From: an uncultured virus (IMG/VR IMGVR_UViG_3300049259_000045)
Taxonomy: Duplodnaviria > Heunggongvirae > Uroviricota > Caudoviricetes
IMG/VR virus record: IMGVR_UViG_3300049259_000045
DNA: 64,000 nucleotides
Reading direction: 5' to 3' (one strand)
Shown here in pieces: positions 7,267 to 17,003 of this stretch (within the stretch, counting starts at the first letter, position 1; each line of letters opens with the position of its first letter). The notes beneath the pieces are model-generated. The model saw only the letters and a list, made by a program, of their open reading frames with translations. It was not told where the DNA came from and made no database searches. A program made the position numbers and the translations under genes.

Positions 7267-9116
7267 GTGTTCACCCGACGGGCGTGAGTGCTGAACTTGG
7301 CGACGTGTCGAGTGAGGGGACTCTGGGTCCACCGGATGTTCTTGGCCCTGCTGTCGGCGATGTACACGCGGCCGGTGTCCTCGGTCGTGCGGACCAGACG
7401 CCCGATGCCCTGCGCGAGGGTCTGCAGCATCGAGTCCGAGTAAACCTGCCGACCGTGGATCTTCTCGATGGCCTTCACTTCAAGGGTGGGCACGCCCCAG
7501 GGCAGCCGGTAGATGATCACCTGCCGGAGAGCGTCACCCGGGACGTCAACGCCTGTCCACATCGACGTGACGCCTCCCATCACCGCGTGGCCGTGCGCCT
7601 TGAAGATGCGCAGGCACTCGTCGGTGTCGGCGGGGTCGGTCTGCGACTGGGCCAGAACGGGCACCGAGCGCTTAAGACCCTTGGCCACGTGCGGCATGAC
7701 CTCGTTGAGGTCTTTCCAGGAGGTGAACAGGATCAGCGTCCCGCCCCCTCCCTGCTCGTGGCTCCGGCCGCACATGTCGTTGACTGCGGCCACGGTCTCC
7801 TGAACCCGGTTCCAGTTCAGTTTCGGATCGTTGCCTCGGTGGGAACTGATGGCCAGTGTCGACCGACTGTAATCGAACGGAGTGCCGACGTCCTCCAGTG
7901 GGGCGTCACTGACGCCCATCCGGCGGGGTAGGGTCTGCGGGACCGTGCCGGACACCAAGACGGACGGCTGTCGGGTCAGAATGTCCCGGAAGATGAACGA
8001 GGAATCCACGCACAACGTGTTGAGGGCGGGTTCGAGGTCGGTGCCCCCCTGGTTCTCCAGGGTGATGGTGCTGATGAACCGACCGTACTCGTCCGGGGTG
8101 GCGAAGTCCACGAACCGCTGATGGGCTCGCATCTGCTTCTTGATGACCCTGGCCATGGCACGGTCCTGTTCGGCAACCGCTACTTCAAGCTGAGCGTCGA
8201 GACGGTCCAGCTCCTTGGTGGACTGCGCCACCATACCGGCCAGCTGCTCGTCCCCCTCGGATTCGACGGACCTCTCGCGGTTGAACTCAGTGAGACCGGC
8301 GGTCATGCCCGCTACCCAGATGTCGAGTCCAGGAATCTCGCGGAATACCGCGCTATTGCGCTTGATCTGGTCCGACATGCACGACCGGCCTACGTCGTCC
8401 AGGGCGTGCGCCTCGTCCACGAACAGGGTGTTGAACGCGGGAAGCAGCCCGTTAGCGCCGTTGGTGAATCCGAGAACTCGCCAGTCCCAGACCAGAAGGT
8501 GGCCGTTGGTGATGACTACCTCGGCCTTGGACGCCTCGAACCGGGCGATTTGGACCGCGCAGAGGTCGCCCAACGCGTCATCACAGTCTCCGGAGCACCC
8601 CCACGAATTGTCGAGTCCGTGCTGGGCCCACTCCAGCTTGCCGTCCTTGACGAACTTCTTGAACAGTTCGTTGGGGTCCGGCTCCTGGCTCATCGAGAAG
8701 GACGCGGTGCACAGGTAGCGGTTCCGACCCTTGAGGTACTCGAACCTGCCGCCGGTGGCTTGGGCGATCTTGGGTGCGTCGGTGTGGACGTACTGGTCGA
8801 TCAAGTTGTTGGTAGGGCAGACCACCACCGAGGGCAACCGCTTCGAGTTCGTACGAGCTGCTTCAAGAGCCGCCGTCAGCATCACGTAGCTCTTGCCGGT
8901 ACCGGTGCCAGCCTGCGCGAATCGAGTGCTCTGGTCGCTGATGGCCTCGCGAGCGATTCCGATCAACTTGGTCTGCTGAGGTCGAGGCTCCAGGTTCATC
9001 GACTTCATGACCTGCTCGAAGATCTGATCTCCGTATTTCAAGTCTCTGTCCACTCTATCTGTTTGAAATACGACTCGGCTCCCCCGAGTCGTCGTGTGGA
9101 TGGTGCGTGGTACCAT
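7263..9116 (-). CDS. DinG/XPD-family SF2 helicase with Fe-S-type cysteines (true start probably downstream of 9116)
   Basis: RPQQ Q-motif, AGTGTGKS, KGRNRYLC...C..DC...C, DEAH, LILFTS, WTGVDVPG, QGIGRLVR. Confidence 0.85.
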   Translation of the reverse strand: MVPRTIHTTTRGSRVVFQTDRVDRDLKYGDQIFEQVMKSMNLEPRPQQTKLIGIAREAISDQSTRFAQAGTGTGKSYVMLTAALEAARTNSKRLPSVVVCPTNNLIDQYVHTDAPKIAQATGGRFEYLKGRNRYLCTASFSMSQEPDPNELFKKFVKDGKLEWAQHGLDNSWGCSGDCDDALGDLCAVQIARFEASKAEVVITNGHLLVWDWRVLGFTNGANGLLPAFNTLFVDEAHALDDVGRSCMSDQIKRNSAVFREIPGLDIWVAGMTAGLTEFNRERSVESEGDEQLAGMVAQSTKELDRLDAQLEVAVAEQDRAMARVIKKQMRAHQRFVDFATPDEYGRFISTITLENQGGTDLEPALNTLCVDSSFIFRDILTRQPSVLVSGTVPQTLPRRMGVSDAPLEDVGTPFDYSRSTLAISSHRGNDPKLNWNRVQETVAAVNDMCGRSHEQGGGGTLILFTSWKDLNEVMPHVAKGLKRSVPVLAQSQTDPADTDECLRIFKAHGHAVMGGVTSMWTGVDVPGDALRQVIIYRLPWGVPTLEVKAIEKIHGRQVYSDSMLQTLAQGIGRLVRTTEDTGRVYIADSRAKNIRWTQSPLTRHVAKFSTHARRVNT

Positions 9117-9144
9117 TCTACACTACCCGAGGGAGCCGTGGCAA
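9115..9144 (-). promoter_or_regulatory. SigA/HrdB-like promoter
   Basis: TTGCCA-N18-TAGAAT. Confidence 0.55.
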
Positions 9145-9183
9145 CTGCTTATTAAATTATCCGGGAGAGACCACGTGCTTGGA

Positions 9184-9630
9184 TCAACGGGGGGTCTGCG
9201 GGTTGAACTGATCGGGAGCCTGAGGAACATCGGGAACCTCGATCGGGTGGACCTCGGGCGGTTCCGGGTTGGGGACGTACTTCGGTCGCTCGTCGTACGG
9301 TCGGGGGTCAGCCACGGTGTATTCACCTCCGTCCTTGTCAGGATGGGTCATCCGGTAGTAGTGTTCACGGGACTGCTGGAAAAGGCCCTGTACGGTGTCT
9401 TCCGGGGTCTCGGGGACCGGCGGGGGTCCCGGAGCACCTCCGGCGGCTCCCAGCGGCTCCGTGGGGCCACCGAGCGTCGCGGGAGGCTCTTCCTCCAGCA
9501 GGGCCAGCAGGCGCCTGCCGCACTCCAGGGCGTACTCGGCGGACCGAAGCAGCTCGCGGGCTGCTGTGATCATTGCCGGGTCAAGCACCGGAGTAACAGT
9601 CAGCTTGATCTCGTGGGGCATACGAGCCAT
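9184..9630 (-). CDS. Hypothetical Pro-rich protein
   Basis: Coupled to the upstream gene (TGATG). Confidence 0.55.
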   Translation of the reverse strand: MARMPHEIKLTVTPVLDPAMITAARELLRSAEYALECGRRLLALLEEEPPATLGGPTEPLGAAGGAPGPPPVPETPEDTVQGLFQQSREHYYRMTHPDKDGGEYTVADPRPYDERPKYVPNPEPPEVHPIEVPDVPQAPDQFNPQTPR

Positions 9631-9995
9631 CAGTCTTCGGTATCGGCGTCATCGTCGGCGAGGACGGCAGGGAGATCTTCCTCGCCATCCACAATCGGGG
9701 GAACCTGGTCCCCACCGACGTACCGGCCGTGGATGCAGTAGCCCTCGCCGCCGTCGGCGGCCTTGCGGCTGGTCAGCTCGAATCCGACCCAGTGAGGCTG
9801 CTTGGCCAGCCGTCGACGGACCACACCCGCAGACTTGATGCTGACGTGACCCTCACTGATGATGGCCCACTGACCCGGAAACTGCTCGCGCAGCTTCTTG
9901 GCCAGCTCGCGCCGCTGACCCGCAAGCTCGGTCGAATTGACTTCTGCGGGGTTGGTCGGCGACGGGTCGCTGAACTTGATCCCGTTCGTTTCCAT
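9630..9995 (-). CDS. Hypothetical protein
   Basis: SD GGAGG, promoter upstream. Confidence 0.6.
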   Translation of the reverse strand: METNGIKFSDPSPTNPAEVNSTELAGQRRELAKKLREQFPGQWAIISEGHVSIKSAGVVRRRLAKQPHWVGFELTSRKAADGGEGYCIHGRYVGGDQVPPIVDGEEDLPAVLADDDADTED

Positions 9996-10031
9996 AGTTT
10001 GTGTGTCCTCCCGGTCGATGCACGTACTCCC

Positions 10032-10061
10032 ATTCTACTATAGCCTAGCCGCCGCAGTCAA
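10032..10061 (-). promoter_or_regulatory. SigA/HrdB-like promoter
   Basis: TTGACT-N18-TAGAAT. Confidence 0.6.
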
Positions 10062-10129
10062 GGTGCGGCGTAGCAGATGAGACTGTTGTACCCCATTGTA
10101 CCATAGGGATTCTCGGAGCACAAGCCGAC

Positions 10130-10500
10130 CCGCAGGAACCCAGGAACCCATCTGCGCCGCACGCCGGGCCCTTTTTGTCCCCCCTCGGGGGGAGGATAAA
10201 TATATTAACTAAACTGTAGAACGTTGGCAGTGTTGAGTTAGTGTTAGTCCTCCCCCCCTGGTGGGGGAGTAAAAAAGACAATTCACAGGGATGGGTTCCG
10301 GGTTCCAAGAACTACAACACCCCCTCTGACCGGCCAGAAGATAGGAACTCATATAGGGTTCCAGGTAGTAATAATAGGGGGTTCCAGAGGGTTTTTCGGG
10401 GGGTTCCAGGGTGGGGAAAAGTCCGCTCTACCGTGGTGTTGTTGTAGTGTGGAGAGCATTTCATATCTAAATAGGGTAAACACCGGCAGGAACCCATAGG
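10130..10500. repeat. Putative replication origin with dispersed GG(G)TTCC repeats
   Basis: Non-coding, lower GC; motif at about 10133, 10141, 10293, 10300, 10356, 10379, 10401 and 10487 in both orientations; AT tract at 10196-10213. Confidence 0.5.
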
Positions 10501-10625
10501 GTGCCGTGCCTGGCACCTGGTAGAGGGTGCCATCCGAGGGGTAGTAGAACACCCCTTAGAATGTATATACTGTTGTGCCCCCCTCTAGTGATTCCCAGAG
10601 GGGGGCACGCGCTGAACCGGCCAGG

Positions 10626-13481
10626 CTAGTTCAGGCTGGACCGTTCTATTGCTATGATCTGGGCAAGATTGAGCTTGGACGGGTCGCTAGCCTCGCCCTG
10701 CCCGATCTCCACGCCGATCTTCTCCAGTACCTTGATGGTGATCTCGGGGGGCACCCGCATGTACTTAGACCGGCTCCGACCGCCGTCCAACACGGTGCCG
10801 ACTACCCCAAACTGCGCCCAGTCTTTGTTACGTTCGCCAGCTCGATTTCCCTTCATACCGAGCCGCGCAGCCTGGTCCATCAGGGCAGCCTTGGTCTCGG
10901 TGCGTTCTTCAACCTTTCCCCGCTGTCGCTGTTCCCACCAAGCAGCCAGGCTGTCGATGTGAACCCACATGCTCCGCTCTCCGTCCGGATCTCCAGGAGC
11001 CGTGCAGTAGATCATCGGCGACACGATGTTGTGATGTGCGCCGCTGTTGATCCGGATGGGGGAGGTCGGTACGTCCAGCGCCAGCACAGCCGCTGGCATG
11101 ATCTTCATGGTCAGGGCGTTCTCGTCGCCGGTGTCCGGCCGTGCCTGCGCCCAGTTGTCCACCCGCTCGATGTGAGCCGGGTCTCGGGTGATGTCAGCCA
11201 AGATGCGGGCACCAACGCGCAAGATGGCCATCTTGTCAGCGTGCCTACCCCCGACGCTAGCCCCGTTTGCCAGCTTGCTGGTCCGCAGGGCAACGAAATC
11301 GGCCAGATGCTTCGTTGCCCTGCGGAGAATCATTTGAACAAGAGTACCGGAGAACACGGTAAGGCCGGTGTCCCCTCCGTACTTGTTCATCAGGTCCAGG
11401 ATGTCGTCCCACTGCGGCCTTGTCGGGTCGTGCAGGCTCTTCCGGCCCTTGGGGTTGGGCAAGCTCATGGTAACAATGCGGTCGGACAGGGCCTTGTCTT
11501 CCAGCAGGCTCGATCCTTCCATCGAGATCCACACCGGCGACAGCAGACGAGACCTGACCGTGGATTGGTTGTCCTCGCCCTTTTTGTCGACAGAGCCCTC
11601 GACGGTTGCCTGTCGCAACAGTTCCTTGATGTTATCCACGTTATCCGCGTCGTCCACGTGGACCGGCGCCCCTCGGTGAGCGGTCATGGCGTCCCGGATC
11701 GATGCCCGGGTGCCGATTCCGCCTTCCTTGGTGCGGTTGCCGAACATTTGGTGGATCAGCTGGCTGAACCCCTTGGACTTACCGGACTCGCTGGCTGCCT
11801 GTACCAGGAAGATCGGGAACAGGGACGATTTAGACATCAGCTGGCCCTTGATGACGCTGGCCACCATCCAGGAAGTGAATACCGATGTGAATTCCTCGTC
11901 GTGGAAGGTCATGACCTCCTTGAGGACTTCCCGAGCTTCACTCTCCGGCCGGAATCCGTAATGATGGTCTACCAAGTTGTTTATCATGAGATTCTTGGCC
12001 GGTCGGACCGAAGCATCTGGGTCAACGCCCTTGGCTGTGATTACGCCCTCGTACGTAATGAACCCGCCAGCTTGGTCGTCCCACCCGAGGAAGTTGGTAA
12101 CCCTGCGATTGGCCGGATTCTGGCTTCGCAACAGCTTCTGCAGCCGGACGCCCGGACCGCCGCGCTTGGCTCGGTCGTCGGTGAAGTACAGGGAACATTG
12201 ATACCCCATTGCCCACCCACGCAAGGCCGCTGTGCTGGTAAGCACGCGGTCCGGCAGCTCGACGTCCTGGAACACTTTTCCGTCATCCCGGATTAGATCG
12301 ACGGTCCAAACCGTGGATCCGTCCAGGGTGTTGACGCTGGTGGCCTGGACTTGAAAGTCGCTGAACGGGACGATTTCGACTTCCGGCCCCTTCTTGCCCA
12401 TGTAGTCCCGGACCGTGTTGTACCCAAAATGGCCATCGGTTCGGTCCACCAGAGTGCCGGACGCTTCGTTGAAGGTAGCGTTACCGCGCTCCCGGAGCTT
12501 GGCTTTCTCCTTGCCCCACATCCGTCGAAGCTGGTCCTGTACTAGCTGGTCCGGCTGAGGATTCTTGGATGCCCTCTCGTAGTTCAGCACGAACGCTAGA
12601 GCGACCTCGAACGGCAGGCCCTTCGTGACGAACATGTTGGCGACACCGCCAGCGATGGACAGGCTGTTGTCGTTTCCTCGACCCTGAGCGTCCGGCTTGA
12701 CCAAGGCGTTAACATACCACGGCTTAGCCTGGTCAACCTCGCCAGGCATGCTGATCGGATCCGGCAGATCGTCCTCAGTTGCTGTAGCGGTTTTGTGGTC
12801 GCTGACATGCTCTCGTAGGCCCTTGACCCACGCTGGCGGAAGTTCAGCAAGCTCGGCCACGGCCGGAACTCGGTTGGCCTGCTTACCGTCGGGAGTGTAC
12901 CAGGTTTCGACACGCACCTTGGTAGGATCGAGCTTGTCCTTGACCTCGGACGGCCAAACCACCGCGTATCGGTGCCGGTACTGAATGATCTCGATGTCAG
13001 GAGAGGGGTCGGTGGGCCACTTCACCCCGTCCGGCACCTGATAGAACCGCTTCCCGGACGGACCTTCTCCTCGGGAGGTGCTGACCCAGCTTGCCGGGAG
13101 CGGCCCCCACTTTTTCTCCAGCTCGGCAAGCTGGTCAGCGCCGTGTTTGTCGTCGTACTGGTCGACATCCACTGCGATAACGTTACCGGGCAGCCGGATT
13201 CCGATGTTGGTGGCGCTCTCGTGGCTCCAACCGTGCAACCTCTTGTCGTCCGGCCAGCCGCCATTATCGCCGGTGAATCCGGTGGGAACGGGCGACTTGC
13301 TGAGCTTGGGCAACCTGAGAGTGCCCAGCCAGCCAGCTTCGCGGTATTCGTTGAAGGCTCTGGCAAACGGACCTCGTCCGGGGACCATTGAACAATCGGC
13401 ACTCAAGGTGCAGTAGGTGCTACGTTGGGTAGCCACAAGCTGCACTTGCGCGCTGTCTCCGCCCGTGGTTTCGTAGGACAT
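10626..13481 (-). CDS. Bifunctional primase-polymerase (AEP) / PriCT / P-loop helicase
   Basis: NIGIRL...AVDVD AEP motif, GRGNDN PriCT-like segment, AASESGKS Walker A, VHVDD Walker B; start at 13481 after GGAAGGG. Confidence 0.8.
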   Translation of the reverse strand: MSYETTGGDSAQVQLVATQRSTYCTLSADCSMVPGRGPFARAFNEYREAGWLGTLRLPKLSKSPVPTGFTGDNGGWPDDKRLHGWSHESATNIGIRLPGNVIAVDVDQYDDKHGADQLAELEKKWGPLPASWVSTSRGEGPSGKRFYQVPDGVKWPTDPSPDIEIIQYRHRYAVVWPSEVKDKLDPTKVRVETWYTPDGKQANRVPAVAELAELPPAWVKGLREHVSDHKTATATEDDLPDPISMPGEVDQAKPWYVNALVKPDAQGRGNDNSLSIAGGVANMFVTKGLPFEVALAFVLNYERASKNPQPDQLVQDQLRRMWGKEKAKLRERGNATFNEASGTLVDRTDGHFGYNTVRDYMGKKGPEVEIVPFSDFQVQATSVNTLDGSTVWTVDLIRDDGKVFQDVELPDRVLTSTAALRGWAMGYQCSLYFTDDRAKRGGPGVRLQKLLRSQNPANRRVTNFLGWDDQAGGFITYEGVITAKGVDPDASVRPAKNLMINNLVDHHYGFRPESEAREVLKEVMTFHDEEFTSVFTSWMVASVIKGQLMSKSSLFPIFLVQAASESGKSKGFSQLIHQMFGNRTKEGGIGTRASIRDAMTAHRGAPVHVDDADNVDNIKELLRQATVEGSVDKKGEDNQSTVRSRLLSPVWISMEGSSLLEDKALSDRIVTMSLPNPKGRKSLHDPTRPQWDDILDLMNKYGGDTGLTVFSGTLVQMILRRATKHLADFVALRTSKLANGASVGGRHADKMAILRVGARILADITRDPAHIERVDNWAQARPDTGDENALTMKIMPAAVLALDVPTSPIRINSGAHHNIVSPMIYCTAPGDPDGERSMWVHIDSLAAWWEQRQRGKVEERTETKAALMDQAARLGMKGNRAGERNKDWAQFGVVGTVLDGGRSRSKYMRVPPEITIKVLEKIGVEIGQGEASDPSKLNLAQIIAIERSSLN

Positions 13482-13649
13482 GTATGTCCCTTCCCGGGTG
13501 CTGGCGGTCTGGCCTCCGTCACACCCGATAGCGGTCACTTGGTGCCCTCGGTCGTCTTGGCAGGCGCAATCCGGGGGCACTGCTATGTTCAGCTTGAGAT
13601 TATCGGCTTCATTTAGTCAAACCTCGTCTGGTAGGGGTCTGGAGACTCC

Positions 13650-13678
13650 ATCCTACCACGCGCCGCAAGTCTGCACAA
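13650..13678 (-). promoter_or_regulatory. SigA/HrdB-like promoter
   Basis: TTGTGC-N17-TAGGAT. Confidence 0.5.
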
Positions 13679-13865
13679 CAGATAGAGCAATGTTCGGGAT
13701 GTACCATTCTACTGAGAGCCCCCGGCGGCCTACGGGAGCGCCTGCCAGCCTACCGCCGGTACTGGGCGCCGGGAGCCGCCCCCCACGTCGCGGGAGCCCC
13801 CACCGTACGTCGGGACGGGCACACCGCGCCCCCTGGCCCAGTACACGGGCGCAGGGGGCAGGCGG

Positions 13866-14933
13866 CTACTTCTCGGACCGGTCCACGTACTCCGGGTACC
13901 GCTCGATGAATTCGCGTATCGTCTCCTCGGATTTTTCTGTTCTCCGAGTCTTCCAGACGTACTCGCTTTTTACCACGGTAACCCGAGGGAACATCCCCCG
14001 AGGACCTTCCGCCGGAACCCAGTACTCGCCGTCCGGAACCGGGTCGCCGTCCAGACCGTGCCAGCTCCTCAACTGAGACTCAGTCATCAGTCGACCCTTG
14101 ACACCGTTGACAGCGAACCACCGGTACTCCGGGTGCTTGTCGGCGGACGGGTCCCGCCGGATGCCGTTCTTGAGGTCTTGGAAGTGCGGGAAGTTCTCGT
14201 TGAAGTCGGCGACGGCCTGCTCGGCCTCCGCGAGGGTGGCAGGTTCGGTACGGTGGATGACCGGAGCCTTGGGCTTCGGCATGTGCCGACCGTACAGGGA
14301 GAGAGCGGCCTGCCGCTCGGTTTCGCGGTGCTGGGCTTCGAGGATGTCCTGAGCCCGCTGGTCCAGCAGCTTCAAGTAGTCCGCCAACTCAGCTTCAGGG
14401 TCCCTGCTCGGGTGACTGGTGGTCTCGGTCAGCGGTTCCCGAGCTTCGATGTTACGGATGGCGGGGTACAGGCTGTGCCTCCCGACCCCTTCGATCGGAA
14501 CGTTGGCGTATCGACCAGCTGCGATTGCCTCACCATCCGGTAGGCCGAAGAACGTCCGAAGCTGGCCGTCGGTCAATTCGTTCCACCGTGCTGAACGACG
14601 TACCTGAGTCTGCTCCATCGGCAGGCCGAACGTGAGGGACTGGACGGTTTCGTCCGAGGTTCGCTCGGTGCTGAACCCCCAGCCCAATCCGGCGAACGCG
14701 TTGAGCACGATCAGAATCACCTCGCGCCGCAGACCGACCGGCGCCCGGAGCGTAAATCCGCTCTTGGTGTAGGTGACGCTGATTTCCTTGACCGCCCGCT
14801 CGCTGTACACGACAGCAATCTTCTCGAACGCTCTGGCCAGCGGGTCCGCCGACTGCCGGACCGCCTCGCCCAGTCCGCCCTTCAAGTCATCCACAGTTCT
14901 GCCCTTCTTCTCGGTGTCTTCCCAGTAAAACAC
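13866..14933 (-). CDS. Hypothetical protein
   Basis: Long ORF on the coding strand. Confidence 0.6.
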   Translation of the reverse strand: MFYWEDTEKKGRTVDDLKGGLGEAVRQSADPLARAFEKIAVVYSERAVKEISVTYTKSGFTLRAPVGLRREVILIVLNAFAGLGWGFSTERTSDETVQSLTFGLPMEQTQVRRSARWNELTDGQLRTFFGLPDGEAIAAGRYANVPIEGVGRHSLYPAIRNIEAREPLTETTSHPSRDPEAELADYLKLLDQRAQDILEAQHRETERQAALSLYGRHMPKPKAPVIHRTEPATLAEAEQAVADFNENFPHFQDLKNGIRRDPSADKHPEYRWFAVNGVKGRLMTESQLRSWHGLDGDPVPDGEYWVPAEGPRGMFPRVTVVKSEYVWKTRRTEKSEETIREFIERYPEYVDRSEK

Positions 14934-14949
14934 CCTAGAATAGGCGGTG

Positions 14950-15393
14950 TCAATACCTCTCCGGCCAGTGCCAGGTCCTGAGTGATTTGGTTCTATCGTC
15001 TTGACACACCAACTGTAGCGGCATGCACCTGGTACGAAACATCACGTGAAGATCCACCCAGTACGCTCCGGGAACGCCGAACAGCAACACCTCTTCGTCA
15101 ACCCAGTTCTCGTCTCCGGCTTTATGCACGTAGGTTATTGTAGCCGCGTTGCATTCGCCGTTTCCAGTGCCATCGAGATAGTGAACACTGCTTCCCACCA
15201 AGGGCGTGTAGAGAACCCCCGGTGGGTCAGTGTCCTCCACTACCGGCATGAGGTGCAGCTGATCCTTGTACTCCGCGTACGGAGTGACCTTCCGCCAAGC
15301 GCACCGAGGCATGTGGCAGAAGAATCCGAGGTCGTTGTTGCCGCAGTCGCACCCGGGGGTTTTGGGTACACCTCTTCGGGGGACCGAGGTCAC
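14950..15393 (-). CDS. Hypothetical protein (N-terminal Cys/His cluster)
   Basis: GTGA overlap; CDCG...CH...C. Confidence 0.55.
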   Translation of the reverse strand: MTSVPRRGVPKTPGCDCGNNDLGFFCHMPRCAWRKVTPYAEYKDQLHLMPVVEDTDPPGVLYTPLVGSSVHYLDGTGNGECNAATITYVHKAGDENWVDEEVLLFGVPGAYWVDLHVMFRTRCMPLQLVCQDDRTKSLRTWHWPERY

Positions 15394-15626
15394 TGGATTA
15401 CTCCGGTTTTGTTGAGGTCTATGACGTTCCTGAGCATGCGCCGCTCGACCTCCGCGTCGTACTCTTGCTTGATCTCGGTCTGATCCAAGTTAGGGCGTGT
15501 CAGTTGGACGTCGAAGTAGAAATCCAGCGTAGCGTCCCAACACGTTTGGTCCATCGGGTGGTAGTCGCCGTGGAGCAAGCACATCCCAACAAACAGCTTC
15601 GGCTTGACGGGTGCAGTGTCGTTCAC
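15390..15626 (-). CDS. Hypothetical protein
   Basis: Coupled ORF. Confidence 0.5.
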   Translation of the reverse strand: MNDTAPVKPKLFVGMCLLHGDYHPMDQTCWDATLDFYFDVQLTRPNLDQTEIKQEYDAEVERRMLRNVIDLNKTGVIQ

Positions 15627-15988
15627 TTCGGGTCTTCCTTCATCAAAGCCTGATTTACCACACGCTTGACGGTGGTCACTATGGACGATGCGTCCAGTAT
15701 ATCAGCTCTGTATCGCCAGTGCGCCACCATGTCGTCCAGTTCACCAAACAGACCGCACAGACGCTTAACCTGTTTGATCAACCGGCGGTTCTGATCCTCC
15801 AGGTCGGTCAGCTTGGCATCCGTTTCAGCGACCTGATCCAGACCTCGTCGGAATCGTGTTGCTTCGGACACGCTCAAACCGCCGTAGCGCTCCGCCCGAT
15901 CGACCATAACCCGCATCTGTTCCAGCGTTACGGGACTGTTCGGCCGGTCGTCCCCGTACTCGATCTGGCTAGCCACCGATCTCGGCAT
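15623..15988 (-). CDS. Hypothetical coiled-coil protein
   Basis: SD GAGGAG; overlaps both neighbours. Confidence 0.55.
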   Translation of the reverse strand: MPRSVASQIEYGDDRPNSPVTLEQMRVMVDRAERYGGLSVSEATRFRRGLDQVAETDAKLTDLEDQNRRLIKQVKRLCGLFGELDDMVAHWRYRADILDASSIVTTVKRVVNQALMKEDPK

Positions 15989-16295
15989 CGGGCTGCTCCT
16001 CGTTCTTGGCCATCTTAGCCTCTGCCCGGCGGGAACCGATCAGCTCGGCCATCTTGGTGTAGTCCACGCTTATGGCCCCGTTACGAATCGCCAACGCCCT
16101 CTTGGACGGGACGATGTCGTAGTGCCAGGTTATGCCGTCCTTGTTCTGGAACCAAGCTCGCCTGAGCCCGATGGCCTCAGCCGCCTCGTGCAACTCCGGT
16201 TGGGTGTCGGCAGTCATGTGGCACCACTTGGAATGACCGAGACGACTTTTAACGGCGTCTCCGTAGTCTATTATCTGATCGACGTAAACGGCCAC
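15969..16295 (-). CDS. DUF4031-like protein
   Basis: MAVYVD...WCHMTAD...ELH..A..IGLRRAWFQ...HYD. Confidence 0.75.
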   Translation of the reverse strand: MAVYVDQIIDYGDAVKSRLGHSKWCHMTADTQPELHEAAEAIGLRRAWFQNKDGITWHYDIVPSKRALAIRNGAISVDYTKMAELIGSRRAEAKMAKNEEQPDAEIGG

Positions 16296-16381
16296 CGCAT
16301 CCGTCCTTGGGTACGGCCGTGGCCGCCGACACCTGGGGGGGTAGGGTCGGCGGCCACGGGGTGTGTGGGTTGAGCAGGGGG

Positions 16382-16891
16382 TCAGAAGAGAGGCGCCTCG
16401 GTCTCGCCGCCCTTGAAGCTGCCGTCGGAGGCGTCCTGCTTGGTGACGTCCACCTTGACCTTGACGCCTGCCTCCTTGAGGGTGACCTCGTCGGTGCCGA
16501 CCGGACCGTCCTTGGGCAGGAGCTGGTCGAGGGAGTTCCGGAGTTCGCCCATCTTCGGACCGTCACCGATGGTCTCGTGACCGACCACGCCGCGAAGCTG
16601 GCGACCGATCAGTTCCTCGGTGTCCGTGCCCGTCGGGACCCCGAACGCCGCGAACACGCTCTTGAGCCGGAAGAACGCGGCCTCGCTGAGCGAGGTGTTC
16701 TCGTAGAACCGGCGACCCGCGTTCGGCTCGCCCTCGGTGACATCGAAGCGCCAGGACCAGTACGGGCCCTTCTTGCCCTCCTTGACCTCGACCTCGATGA
16801 GGGTCAGCCGGTAGATGCCCGGGTCGAGGAGCTTGAAGCCGTCTTCCGCGTCCGCGACCTTCTGAGCGAGTGTGTCGTTGAGCTGAGGCAT
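16382..16891 (-). CDS. DUF669-like ssDNA-binding protein
   Basis: LDPGIY...GKKGPYWSW.F...GRRF; acidic tail ending PLF; follows the AAA ATPase. Confidence 0.65.
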   Translation of the reverse strand: MPQLNDTLAQKVADAEDGFKLLDPGIYRLTLIEVEVKEGKKGPYWSWRFDVTEGEPNAGRRFYENTSLSEAAFFRLKSVFAAFGVPTGTDTEELIGRQLRGVVGHETIGDGPKMGELRNSLDQLLPKDGPVGTDEVTLKEAGVKVKVDVTKQDASDGSFKGGETEAPLF

Positions 16892-16962
16892 GTAATGCTC
16901 TCCTTGGTTGTGCTGAGGTTGTTTTCTGCCCGTCTGTCCTCGGGCCGAGGGGTTGTTCTACT

Positions 16963-16992
16963 ATCCTACCATGGCTAGTGTTAGGTACACAA
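16963..16992 (-). promoter_or_regulatory. SigA/HrdB-like promoter
   Basis: TTGTGT-N18-TAGGAT. Confidence 0.55.
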
Positions 16993-17003
16993 GCCCTGGT
17001 GCG

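Noticed and set aside
10045..10552. Short ORFs in the putative origin region
   Set aside because: Atypical composition, homopolymer runs, no SD or coupling; better read as non-coding.
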